64,000 nucleotides of DNA from Candidatus Omnitrophota bacterium. Its GTDB lineage: Bacteria; Omnitrophota; Gorgyraeia; Zapsychrales; Zapsychraceae. Under the pieces are notes generated by a model. It saw nothing but the letters and a program-made list of their open reading frames with translations. It was not told the DNA's origin and did no database searches. Every line of letters starts with the position of its first letter. Position 1 is the first letter of the stretch. The translations under genes were made by a program, and so were the position numbers. Shown piece by piece: positions 49,117 through 58,102 of the stretch. The stretch spans positions 1,358-65,357 of the forward strand of contig DAOWGP010000034.1 in NCBI GenBank assembly GCA_030637405.1, given 5' to 3'.

Positions 49117-49938
49117 TTATCGTTTAACAATTTTATCAATCGCCTTTAAATCAATGAGTAATTTTTCCAGCTTGTTGAGCTCTAGCATATTCGGCCCATC
49201 CGATAAAGCTTTTTTGGGATTGGGATGGACTTCCATGAATAAACCATCGCATCCAGCGGCAATGCCGCAACGCGATAATAGAGGAATGAATTCGCTATTG
49301 CCCCCGGAAACAGTTCCTAACCCTCCCGGTTGCTGGACACTGTGCGTCGCATCAAAAACAACCGGATATCCCGTCTTGCCCATGATCGCAAGAGAACGGA
49401 AATCCGTCACCAAATTGTTATAACCAAAACTTGTTCCGCGCTCGGTAAGAAGGATCTTTTTGTCGCCGGCATGCTCAATCTTCTTTATAGCCTGTTTGAT
49501 ATCAGCAGGAGCAAGAAATTGCCCTTTTTTGATATTAACGACCCGTTTTGTCTTTCCGGCAGCAATCAAAAGGTCCGTCTGCCGGCAGAGAAAAGCCGGA
49601 ATTTGCAATATGTCTAAAACTTTTGCGGCCTCGTCCACTTCCAAAACAGAATGAATATCGCTTAAGACCGGAACCTTAACTGTTTCTCTGATCTCTTTTA
49701 AAATTTCTAAACCGCGGCGTATTCCCGGCCCACGGAAAGAATTAACCGACGTTCGATTAGCTTTATCATAACTGGCTTTAAAAATAAACGGGACTTTAAG
49801 CTTAGACGTGATCCTTTTAATCGCCATAGCCGTTTTCAACGCTAGCTCTCTGCTCTCGATAACACACGGACCCGCGATAAGCACGAACGGCGTCTTTCCC
49901 CCCATTTTAATTTTTCCGATATTAACCGTTTTTCCCAT
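49117..49938 (-). CDS. kdsA: Kdo 8-phosphate synthase
   Basis: AGPCVIE, KASYDKANRTS, QIPAFLCRQTDL, KKGQF, ERG..FGY, DATHSVQ. Confidence 0.96.
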   Translation of the reverse strand: MGKTVNIGKIKMGGKTPFVLIAGPCVIESRELALKTAMAIKRITSKLKVPFIFKASYDKANRTSVNSFRGPGIRRGLEILKEIRETVKVPVLSDIHSVLEVDEAAKVLDILQIPAFLCRQTDLLIAAGKTKRVVNIKKGQFLAPADIKQAIKKIEHAGDKKILLTERGTSFGYNNLVTDFRSLAIMGKTGYPVVFDATHSVQQPGGLGTVSGGNSEFIPLLSRCGIAAGCDGLFMEVHPNPKKALSDGPNMLELNKLEKLLIDLKAIDKIVKR

Positions 49939-49959
49939 TATGGCTCTACCCTCGCACTC

Positions 49960-50682
49960 TTATGATAATAATTTCTCAACACGGGCCAGATCTTCCTGCG
50001 TATCAACACCAATTGTTTCAATATCCGTCACAACCGTTTTGATCTTGTATCCGAATTCCAACGCTCTGAGCTGTTCCAATTGTTCGCATTTTTCTAAATG
50101 TGACTTCGGTAAACTTTTGTAAGAGAGAAGAAAATCTCGTCGGTAAGAATAGATCCCTAAATGCTTATAGTAGATCACTTCATCCTCATCATCACGATTG
50201 TAGGGAATAACAGACCTGGAAAAATAAAGCGCGTTCATCTCACCGTCAACAACAACCTTAACCACATTCGGGTCTTTCAATTCTTTTTTTGTCGTCACTA
50301 CTTTGATAGCCGTTCCCATCGAGCACGACGGATCTTCCACAAGAGTCGCAGCTAAAGCATCAACAACCGCATGATCAATCAAGGGTTCATCGCCCTGAAT
50401 ATTAACGATAATATCACCATCTATCGATTCAATCGCTTCAGCGATGCGGTCCGTTCCGGAAGCGTGATCTTTAGATGTTAGAACTGTTTTGGCTCCGAAT
50501 TGCTCAGCGACCACAATGACGCGGTCATCATCGCACGCAATGATCAAATCATTTAATAATTCACTTTTCTTTGAACGCTCCCAGACATGTTGGATCATCG
50601 GCTTGCCGTTAATCAACGCTAAAACTTTACCCTCAAACCGTGTCGATGCCCATCGGGCTGGTATGACACCAATGATCTTCAT
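49960..50682 (-). CDS. kdsB: CMP-Kdo synthetase
   Basis: IPARWASTRF.GK, SGTDR, NIQGDEP, LYFSRS.IP, LEQLRAL, GVDT. Confidence 0.96.
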   Translation of the reverse strand: MKIIGVIPARWASTRFEGKVLALINGKPMIQHVWERSKKSELLNDLIIACDDDRVIVVAEQFGAKTVLTSKDHASGTDRIAEAIESIDGDIIVNIQGDEPLIDHAVVDALAATLVEDPSCSMGTAIKVVTTKKELKDPNVVKVVVDGEMNALYFSRSVIPYNRDDEDEVIYYKHLGIYSYRRDFLLSYKSLPKSHLEKCEQLEQLRALEFGYKIKTVVTDIETIGVDTQEDLARVEKLLS

Positions 50683-50683
50683 T

Positions 50684-51703
50684 TTAATAATCCTTTATCG
50701 CTCTTGAAAGTTCTTCTTTGCTGACCGCAACGGCACCCATTTTCCCGACAACGATTCCAGCGGCGAAATTCGCGATCTGTGCCGCCTGACGTTTGGTCGC
50801 TCCCGCCGTAAGACTTAAAGTAAACGCTGAAATAACCGCATCCCCAGCGCCGGAGACATCATAAACTTCCTGCGCTTTCGTTTTAATCGAAACCGGCTTC
50901 TTCCCTTTTTCGAACAACCGCATACCATGTTCCCCGAGAGTAATAAGCAAGGCATCCAAACCCAAATAGCGCAGCAATTCCTTTCCGGCTAAATTGATAT
51001 CTTTATTTCCCTTGAGTTTGTCGCTATGGATTTCGAGCTGTTCGGATGACTTGGACGTGATCTTGATATTGCGTATCGCATTTTCGGCTTCTTTAAGATT
51101 CGGGGTTATTGCAGTCACATTGCGGTAATAACTAAAATGTTCAACTTTTGGATCAACACTAATGATCTTTTTTTTCGCTAAAGCCTGCACGCGCACAAAA
51201 TTCACAAGGTCGGGAGTAATTAAACCTTTTCCATAGTCCGATATAATGACAGCGTCGAATGTGTTGATATTACTTTTGATGAAATTGCAGATCTTTTGTC
51301 TGACTTCTTTATCTCCGGAGTTGTTTATCTTCTCCCGGTCAATACGAACAACTTGCTGGCCTTGGGCTACGACCCGGGTTTTGCATATCGTCGGTAATCT
51401 TTTATCAATAAATAACCCGCGTATCGCAACCCCTTCTTTCCTAAGCTGCCGCTTAAGGATATGTCCTTCCGGATCATTACCGATCCTCCCGATAAGCGTA
51501 ACCTTGGCACCCAAACCGCGCAGGTTATGGGCCACATTCGCTGCGCCACCAGGGGTATAAAATGATTCTTTTTCTAAAACAACCGGCACTGGAGCCTCAG
51601 GAGAAATTCGCGAAACACTTCCCTGGATATACTGATCCAATATGACATCCCCGATCACAAGAATATTTTTTCTGCCAAATTTTAAAAAAATATATTCGTA
51701 CAT
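50684..51703 (-). CDS. hldA: Heptose 7-phosphate kinase (HldA / RfaE domain I, PfkB family)
   Basis: GDVILD, RISPEAPVPV, GGAANVA, SDYGKG, DPK, TPN, DVSGAGD. Confidence 0.9.
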   Translation of the reverse strand: MYEYIFLKFGRKNILVIGDVILDQYIQGSVSRISPEAPVPVVLEKESFYTPGGAANVAHNLRGLGAKVTLIGRIGNDPEGHILKRQLRKEGVAIRGLFIDKRLPTICKTRVVAQGQQVVRIDREKINNSGDKEVRQKICNFIKSNINTFDAVIISDYGKGLITPDLVNFVRVQALAKKKIISVDPKVEHFSYYRNVTAITPNLKEAENAIRNIKITSKSSEQLEIHSDKLKGNKDINLAGKELLRYLGLDALLITLGEHGMRLFEKGKKPVSIKTKAQEVYDVSGAGDAVISAFTLSLTAGATKRQAAQIANFAAGIVVGKMGAVAVSKEELSRAIKDY

Positions 51704-51800
51704 GCCTATTTGTTCAGGCTTATAATCCTTTAGTTAATGATATATTTATGATAATAATAGTATTATGTTAGGGTTTGTTCCAAGTGAAACGAAGCTGATT

Positions 51801-52847
51801 CTAACACAGTTTAAATAGGGAGTCAACAGCTTCTAAAACAGCTTTTGCCGGAACAAGTTCCAAATATTTTATGTCCCTGGGTTGGGCTTTTTTAAAGGAA
51901 ATACCGCTGCTTCGCACGGGTAATACGCTAACAACCCTTGATTTTTCGCCAAGAGGCCCCCAGCGCTCAGGATTAATACCCGCTTGATTTCGCGTAAAGA
52001 TCGAAATAACAGGCGTTCCGACCCCCGCAGCCACATGAACGGGACCGGAGTCATTGGAGACAAGAAGATCGCATCCCATCAAAAGACCTGCCAATTGACC
52101 GACGCTTGTTTTACCCGCAAGATTAACCGCTTCATTCTTCGATAAAGAGATGATTCTTTTTGCGATACTATCGGTATCTGAAGCCCCAATTATGACAATT
52201 TTCGCTTGATACTGCTCGATAAGAGCATCGGCCAATTCTGCAAAGCGATTTTCCGGCCACCTTTTCGCCGGATCACTTGCCCCTGGATGAAAAGCAATAA
52301 GCCGGTCATTTTCTGAAATATTATGCTCACGGCGGAATTGATCAACCCAGCACAGCGCATCTTCCTTGACAGGAAGATCAAGATCGACATCAGCGCATTC
52401 AATCCCAATTTTCTTTAAGACATCAAGGCAGTATTGTGCCTCGTGCTTTTCTCCCTTGTGACGCACATCTGTAATGGGCCGGTTCAGCAAAAATCCAAAT
52501 TTGCTATTCTTATAACCGATCCGGACCGGAATTCCTGATAAGAAACACGTTAAATTTGTCCTCTTTTTTGTATGCAGCACAAAAGCGCAATCAAACTTCT
52601 CTTTTCGAATAGATCTGATCAGCTGTATGAACCCGCGTAATCCTTTATGTTCGCCATCCCGATCATCAACAAGAACTTTATCGAGGCAAATATTTCCATC
52701 GACAAGATCACGCGTAGCCAGAGCCACAAGAATAGCGATCTTGGAATTTGGATAAGCTTCCCGAAGAGCTTTGATCGCCGGTGTCGTTAAGACAACATCA
52801 CCAATGCGATCGGTACGAACTATGAGGATATTTTTGTAATCAGTCAT
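51801..52847 (-). CDS. GT9 heptosyltransferase-family protein
   Basis: RTDRIGDVVL, HPGAS..KRWP, NDSGPVHVA. Confidence 0.9.
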   Translation of the reverse strand: MTDYKNILIVRTDRIGDVVLTTPAIKALREAYPNSKIAILVALATRDLVDGNICLDKVLVDDRDGEHKGLRGFIQLIRSIRKEKFDCAFVLHTKKRTNLTCFLSGIPVRIGYKNSKFGFLLNRPITDVRHKGEKHEAQYCLDVLKKIGIECADVDLDLPVKEDALCWVDQFRREHNISENDRLIAFHPGASDPAKRWPENRFAELADALIEQYQAKIVIIGASDTDSIAKRIISLSKNEAVNLAGKTSVGQLAGLLMGCDLLVSNDSGPVHVAAGVGTPVISIFTRNQAGINPERWGPLGEKSRVVSVLPVRSSGISFKKAQPRDIKYLELVPAKAVLEAVDSLFKLC

Positions 52848-52871
52848 CGTTTTACTGGAATCGCGGTGACA

Positions 52872-53849
52872 TCAACGAATAAAATGATCCATCGCGCCAA
52901 GAACATCTTCCGTGGATATCGCCTGCATACATGTATGCTTGTAAGCATTTTTCGGCTCCCGGCAAGCTGGACAATCAAAACCCTTTTTGATCATGTGACT
53001 GCGCGTTCCCCAAGGCCCATATTTTTGAGGTTCCGTCGGGCCAAAAAGAGCCAAGACCGGAACATTTAGATAACTCGCTAAATGCATTGGCGCACTGTCA
53101 TTAACAATAGTAAAAAAACAATGCCTGAACAGCTCGGCAAGCTGGACAAGGCTAGTACGTCCGCAGAGATTCAGAGATCCAGACTCCATCAACTTATCGA
53201 TCCTCCTAACAACATTTCGATCTTTTTCATCCCCGACAAAAACAATCTTGACATTATGATCCGCGATCAACCGGTCACAAACATAAGCAAACTTCTCTTC
53301 ACTCCATTGCTTCGAAGAATCCGCCGCTCCAGGAGCTATGACAACATACTTTTGTCCGATTCCAATTTTCGTATTGATAAATTCTTTGATATGGTTTTTA
53401 TCCGGATCAGGAATAAATAAGGCTCTGGCCGCAATTGCTTCTACCTCAAAATCATAAACCGAGCTCAATCGGCTAAGGTGTTTGTCACGCATATGCACAT
53501 TTGACGCCTTATCGACACGGCAAGAGGTCCGGTATCGTGGAGCGATTATAAACGGAATAGCTGTATTGCGCAGATCAACAACAAGGTCGAAATACTGTCT
53601 GCGCAGTTCCAAAACCCATGATAATGTCTTTAAGGGTAACTGATGCTTATCAAACACATAAATGTTATCCAAATGAGGATTGCCGCAAAAAAGCGATTCG
53701 GCTTTAGGCCCGATGACAACGGAAAGTCCTGCCGAGGGAAAGTCCCGCTTTAAAATATCGATGACAGGAAATGTTAGAATCACATCCCCGATATTGGTTA
53801 GTGAGACAACAAGAATTTTATTGATCTTTGATCTGTCTAACAATTTCAA
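52872..53849 (-). CDS. GT9 heptosyltransferase-family protein
   Basis: NIGDVIL, APGA...KQW, NDSAPMHLA, LFGPT. Confidence 0.9.
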   Translation of the reverse strand: MKLLDRSKINKILVVSLTNIGDVILTFPVIDILKRDFPSAGLSVVIGPKAESLFCGNPHLDNIYVFDKHQLPLKTLSWVLELRRQYFDLVVDLRNTAIPFIIAPRYRTSCRVDKASNVHMRDKHLSRLSSVYDFEVEAIAARALFIPDPDKNHIKEFINTKIGIGQKYVVIAPGAADSSKQWSEEKFAYVCDRLIADHNVKIVFVGDEKDRNVVRRIDKLMESGSLNLCGRTSLVQLAELFRHCFFTIVNDSAPMHLASYLNVPVLALFGPTEPQKYGPWGTRSHMIKKGFDCPACREPKNAYKHTCMQAISTEDVLGAMDHFIR

Positions 53850-54834
53850 GAACCTCCCCCGCTGTAATGGATTGCATGCAAATATTATCCGGACACATCA
53901 AGTGATAACACGGCTCCCGATTACACCCGACATCATACTGAATGATATGCGCCCGCCCGGAGCCCCTTGGCCCGGTAATCTCAGGCCGCGTCGGGCCAAA
54001 TAGCCCAATGACCTCGCTTCCGACACTATTAGCGATATGAAGCGGCCCTGAATCGCCAGAAATAACCAGGTTTGCCTTCTTCATTAACACCATGAGTTGC
54101 TTCAAATTTGTTTCCCCAGTGAAATTGATGGCTTCGCTAAACGCGAGGCTATTAATTTTTTTAACCAAAGAAATATCTTTATTCGCCCCTGAAATAATAA
54201 TTTTTGCGTTGAAGTTTCCAAGAAGGCCAGAAATTAAGCGCGAAAAACTCTCGGAAGGCCAACGCTTTAAATCCCAATTACCGCCGGGATTAACAATAAT
54301 GACATAATCATCTTCGCAAACCCCTTTCGAACTTAAAATCTGTTTAACATCTTCTTCAGCGTCCGGTGACACTTCTAATTGACATCGACGGTCGTTGATC
54401 GTTACGCCGTATGATTCGAGAATATTTAAATAGTAGTCACAGCGATGAACCTGGTCATCCAAAGGTTCCACTTCATGTGTTAAAAACCGTCCGCGCCCTT
54501 TCGCGTCATATCCTACTCTTTGGGGAATTCCCGCAAAATAGACCAAAAGCGCTCGTGTCAATGAGCGGTGCAGTAAAAATGCGACATCAAAATGCCGTCG
54601 ACGTAAACTCCAAACTAATCCCAGCTTCGCAAAAGGGTTCCAATGGCGGCCTTTTTCATCATAAACAATAATCTCATCGATATAAGGAATGCTCTCGAGC
54701 ACTTCCTTGACTCTCGGCAATGCCAAACAACTGATATGGACTTGCGGATAAGCTTCCTTGAGCGCCTTAAAGATCGGAGACGAAAAAATAACATCGCCAA
54801 GCCAGTTAACATTAACGACCAGAATCCGTTTCAT
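53818..54834 (-). CDS. waaF: LPS heptosyltransferase II-like (GT9)
   Basis: NWLGDV, GIPQRVGY..GR, NPGG...KRWP, DSGPLHIA, FGPT, C..C..C..CM tail. Confidence 0.75.
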   Translation of the reverse strand: MKRILVVNVNWLGDVIFSSPIFKALKEAYPQVHISCLALPRVKEVLESIPYIDEIIVYDEKGRHWNPFAKLGLVWSLRRRHFDVAFLLHRSLTRALLVYFAGIPQRVGYDAKGRGRFLTHEVEPLDDQVHRCDYYLNILESYGVTINDRRCQLEVSPDAEEDVKQILSSKGVCEDDYVIIVNPGGNWDLKRWPSESFSRLISGLLGNFNAKIIISGANKDISLVKKINSLAFSEAINFTGETNLKQLMVLMKKANLVISGDSGPLHIANSVGSEVIGLFGPTRPEITGPRGSGRAHIIQYDVGCNREPCYHLMCPDNICMQSITAGEVLEIVRQIKDQ

Positions 54835-55934
54835 GAGTGTTTTTTCACGAGATGCTGATAGAGTTGAATGACTTTATCAGTCATTTTATCTGCCAAAAAA
54901 GTCTTCTTGATAAATTCCCGCCCAGCCATTCCGATTTCCTTCAAACGCTCCGGGTCCTGCAAAAGTTTGACGATAGCATCCGCCAGTTCACTGCTGTTTT
55001 CCGGTTCAACTAAAACACCGGTTTTCCCGTCTTCAATAAGGCTTGGTATTCCTCCGACGCGGGAAGCAACAACCGGCAACCCTGCTGCTTGCGCCTCCAT
55101 AATCGAAAGGCCCAGCCCTTCCTGCCGTGAAGGCATGGCAAAAATATCAAAAAGCGATAGCATTTCATATGTATTATTTACGATCGAAAAGAACCGGACA
55201 TGATCGCCTAAGTTCAGGCTCTGGACTTTTTCCCGCAAAACATTTTCCATTTTCCCCTCACCGACAAGTAATAATATGGCATTGGGAATATACGGCACAA
55301 CTTTATTCATAGCCTCAATAAGAATATCCTGCCCTTTAACATCGGATAACCTTGCCACAATACCGACGACCGGTTCATCCCCTAAATGAAATCGCGCGCG
55401 ACGCTCTTTCTTTCGGGCTCCATCGATCAAATCAAATTCGTTAAAATCGATCCCGCTCGCGATAAGAGAAACCTTTTCACGCGCAACTCTAAAGTCATGC
55501 CTTAAATGCCATTCAACAGCTTCACTGATCGCGATAACGACATCCCCCCAACACGGCACCAACCTCCGCGATAAGCGAGTTTTAAAAAAACCGTGACATG
55601 TCGAGACAAAAGGCTTTCCGGTCAGTCTCTTAAGCAACGCCCCCATAACTTGCGTAATCCTGGTCTGCGCATGAACAAGGTCAATTTTATTTTCCCGGAT
55701 GTATCGCGACAACGGAAACAGGGCAAAATAAATTCTCGGATCAAGCTCTGATTTCGTGCGGATATTTAACGTCAGAAGTTTCGCCCCAATAGACAGGAAC
55801 TCCTTCTCCATATTTCCGCCGCTGGTCACAATATGGACTTGGTGTCCTCGACAGATCAGCCCTTTGGTCATCGTAAATAAATAGCTGGTAATGCCTCCGG
55901 AATTTAAATGGGTTGATAGAAAGAGAATATTCAC
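54831..55934 (-). CDS. GT4 glycosyltransferase
   Basis: GGI N-terminus, VARLSDVKG, PSRQEGLGLSIMEA, VGGIP. Confidence 0.9.
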   Translation of the reverse strand: MNILFLSTHLNSGGITSYLFTMTKGLICRGHQVHIVTSGGNMEKEFLSIGAKLLTLNIRTKSELDPRIYFALFPLSRYIRENKIDLVHAQTRITQVMGALLKRLTGKPFVSTCHGFFKTRLSRRLVPCWGDVVIAISEAVEWHLRHDFRVAREKVSLIASGIDFNEFDLIDGARKKERRARFHLGDEPVVGIVARLSDVKGQDILIEAMNKVVPYIPNAILLLVGEGKMENVLREKVQSLNLGDHVRFFSIVNNTYEMLSLFDIFAMPSRQEGLGLSIMEAQAAGLPVVASRVGGIPSLIEDGKTGVLVEPENSSELADAIVKLLQDPERLKEIGMAGREFIKKTFLADKMTDKVIQLYQHLVKKHS

Positions 55935-58033
55935 GAATGCTCCTCGATTAATGACTTGATCTCGCGCGCGACTTCATCAGGATGGATATCTTTCATGCAG
56001 GCGTGTGTTAAGATCCGGCACCGTGAGCTGTAACACGGCGCGCACGCCAATTTCTTCTCGAGAACAATAATCTTTTTCGCGGGCGGAATGTGCCGTCGGG
56101 AATCTGTTGGGCCGAAAAAGGCCACTACCGGGACCTGCATGGCTGCGGCAACATGCAAAGGCGCTGAATCCGGGGTCACAAAAACTTTGCACTTCTTTAT
56201 GAGCGCCGCGAGTTGCAGGATATTGGTTTTCCCGACAAAGTTTGCCGGTTTAGACTTTGTCATCGATAAAAAATGCTGGGCCAACGGCTTATCTTTTTCT
56301 ATTCCAGTAATGATAACCCGAATATTCTTCGCCGAAAGCATATCGCAAAGACGAGCCATATATTCAACAGGCCAATTCTTTGTCTGCCATTTTGCCGAAG
56401 CCGCGATATTGATCCCGACAATATCCGGATTATTCCCCAACCACTCCGAGTCCAGCAGCCTTTGGACATACTGCTTATTATCCGGCGAAGGCCAAAGTTC
56501 AAGAAACGCATTACCGTTATAATGAATACCGAGATTCTCAAGAACCTGAAACTGATGGGCAACGGGAGGCATGTCTTTGCGCGTATCTTTCACGGGATGT
56601 GATAAAAGGCTCCCCCACTTTCCATTGTCATACCCGTAACTTTCCCTGCCGAAACTTAAAAAAGAAAGTAAATGGCTCTTGCGGTTATTTTGAAAATCAA
56701 TGACCACGTCAAAACGGTATTTCCTGAGTTTCTTTGAAAGCTTCAACACTCCAAGCCATCCGCGGTCCTTATCCTTAACATCGTAGACAATGATTCCGTC
56801 CAAATAGGGGCAATTGTGCAAAATCCTCATCGACTCTTTCCCAACCAGACAATGGATCCTCGCGCGTGGAAACTTTTTCCGGATAGCCTTTAAAGAGGCC
56901 GTAACTAAAACAACATCCCCCATGGACCCGATTTTAATAACGAGAACGTTCATTGATCTTAAAAGATCTTCATAAACCTTGATCGTACTTGAAGCCATAT
57001 GCTCAAGCGTAAAATTATTCCCGAGCTTTTCTTTCGCGCAAGAAACCAGACGGGTTGCCAAGCCCCGGTCATTGGCAATACGTATAACCGCATTGGCCAT
57101 AGCCTCCGTATCCTTTGGCAAAACAAGCAATCCTGTTTTTTCATCATCAATGATATCAACAACCCCTCCGACTTTTGTCGCGACTACCGGCACGTCCGAT
57201 GCCTGTGCCTCTAAGATCACGCGCCCAAAAGCTTCTTGCGTAACGGTTGATAAGACGAGGATATCTGTCTTTGCTAGAATTTGAGGAATATCCCGCCGGT
57301 TACCGAGGAATTCAACATGGCTTTCAATCCCCAGACGGCGCGCCAGCAGCTCTAAGTCCTGCTTATTCGAAGCCTTTTTAGCCGGCGCATCTCCAACAAT
57401 CAAAATATTGGCATAGGGAACGGTCCGTATTACTTTCGCCATCGCCTTAAGAAAGAATGAATGCCCCTTGAGCACTGTTATCCGTCCTATGATCGCGATC
57501 GTGCATCGAGATTTTCCGCCAAAAGAATCCCTTCGAACTTTGAACTTTTCCAGGTCGACGCTCCTGGGAATACAGCGAATACCGCGCGGTAAAACATTGA
57601 AACGGTCGATCATGTGCCTGCCGATGACCTTGCTAGGAACAATCACCAGCTTTGACCAGCCCATGACTTGGCTAAAAATACGATTCTTGTAATGACCGTG
57701 ACACGTCGTAATAAAAACTGCTTTTGTTTTACGGCAGGCAAAATAGGCGATCCATGCCGGAACACGCGACCGGGCGTGAACAATATCAATTTTCTCCCGA
57801 CGGATAACATCGCGCAAAGCTTTAACATTCTCAAGCATTGTCCACAATGACTTTTTATGGACTGGGAGAGAATAATGGCACGCCCCCAGAGACTCTAGCC
57901 CGGGAACAAGCTCTCCTCCATTAGAAACAACAACGGCCTTGTGACCGTGCTGGACCAAATATTTGGCAAAATCAACCGTGCCGGTCTCAACCCCACCGAC
58001 ATTGAGTTCTGGAATGACCTGTAATATGTTCAT
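55931..58033 (-). CDS. GT4-GT9 glycosyltransferase fusion
   Basis: N-half GGVETG, HARSRVPAW, EAFGRVILEA; C-half IGSMGDVVL, KNWP, DSAPLHVA, FGPT. Confidence 0.88.
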   Translation of the reverse strand: MNILQVIPELNVGGVETGTVDFAKYLVQHGHKAVVVSNGGELVPGLESLGACHYSLPVHKKSLWTMLENVKALRDVIRREKIDIVHARSRVPAWIAYFACRKTKAVFITTCHGHYKNRIFSQVMGWSKLVIVPSKVIGRHMIDRFNVLPRGIRCIPRSVDLEKFKVRRDSFGGKSRCTIAIIGRITVLKGHSFFLKAMAKVIRTVPYANILIVGDAPAKKASNKQDLELLARRLGIESHVEFLGNRRDIPQILAKTDILVLSTVTQEAFGRVILEAQASDVPVVATKVGGVVDIIDDEKTGLLVLPKDTEAMANAVIRIANDRGLATRLVSCAKEKLGNNFTLEHMASSTIKVYEDLLRSMNVLVIKIGSMGDVVLVTASLKAIRKKFPRARIHCLVGKESMRILHNCPYLDGIIVYDVKDKDRGWLGVLKLSKKLRKYRFDVVIDFQNNRKSHLLSFLSFGRESYGYDNGKWGSLLSHPVKDTRKDMPPVAHQFQVLENLGIHYNGNAFLELWPSPDNKQYVQRLLDSEWLGNNPDIVGINIAASAKWQTKNWPVEYMARLCDMLSAKNIRVIITGIEKDKPLAQHFLSMTKSKPANFVGKTNILQLAALIKKCKVFVTPDSAPLHVAAAMQVPVVAFFGPTDSRRHIPPAKKIIVLEKKLACAPCYSSRCRILTHACMKDIHPDEVAREIKSLIEEHS

Positions 58034-58102
58034 AGTAAACCCGTAAGGACAGCACACTGTGCTGTCCTTACAAATGATCCGTAACGGCCCGAATTCAATT
58101 GA

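Noticed and set aside
48740-49423. 227-aa plus-strand ORF and the many other short nested or antisense ORFs in the track
   Set aside because: They overlap well-supported conserved genes and lack family motifs
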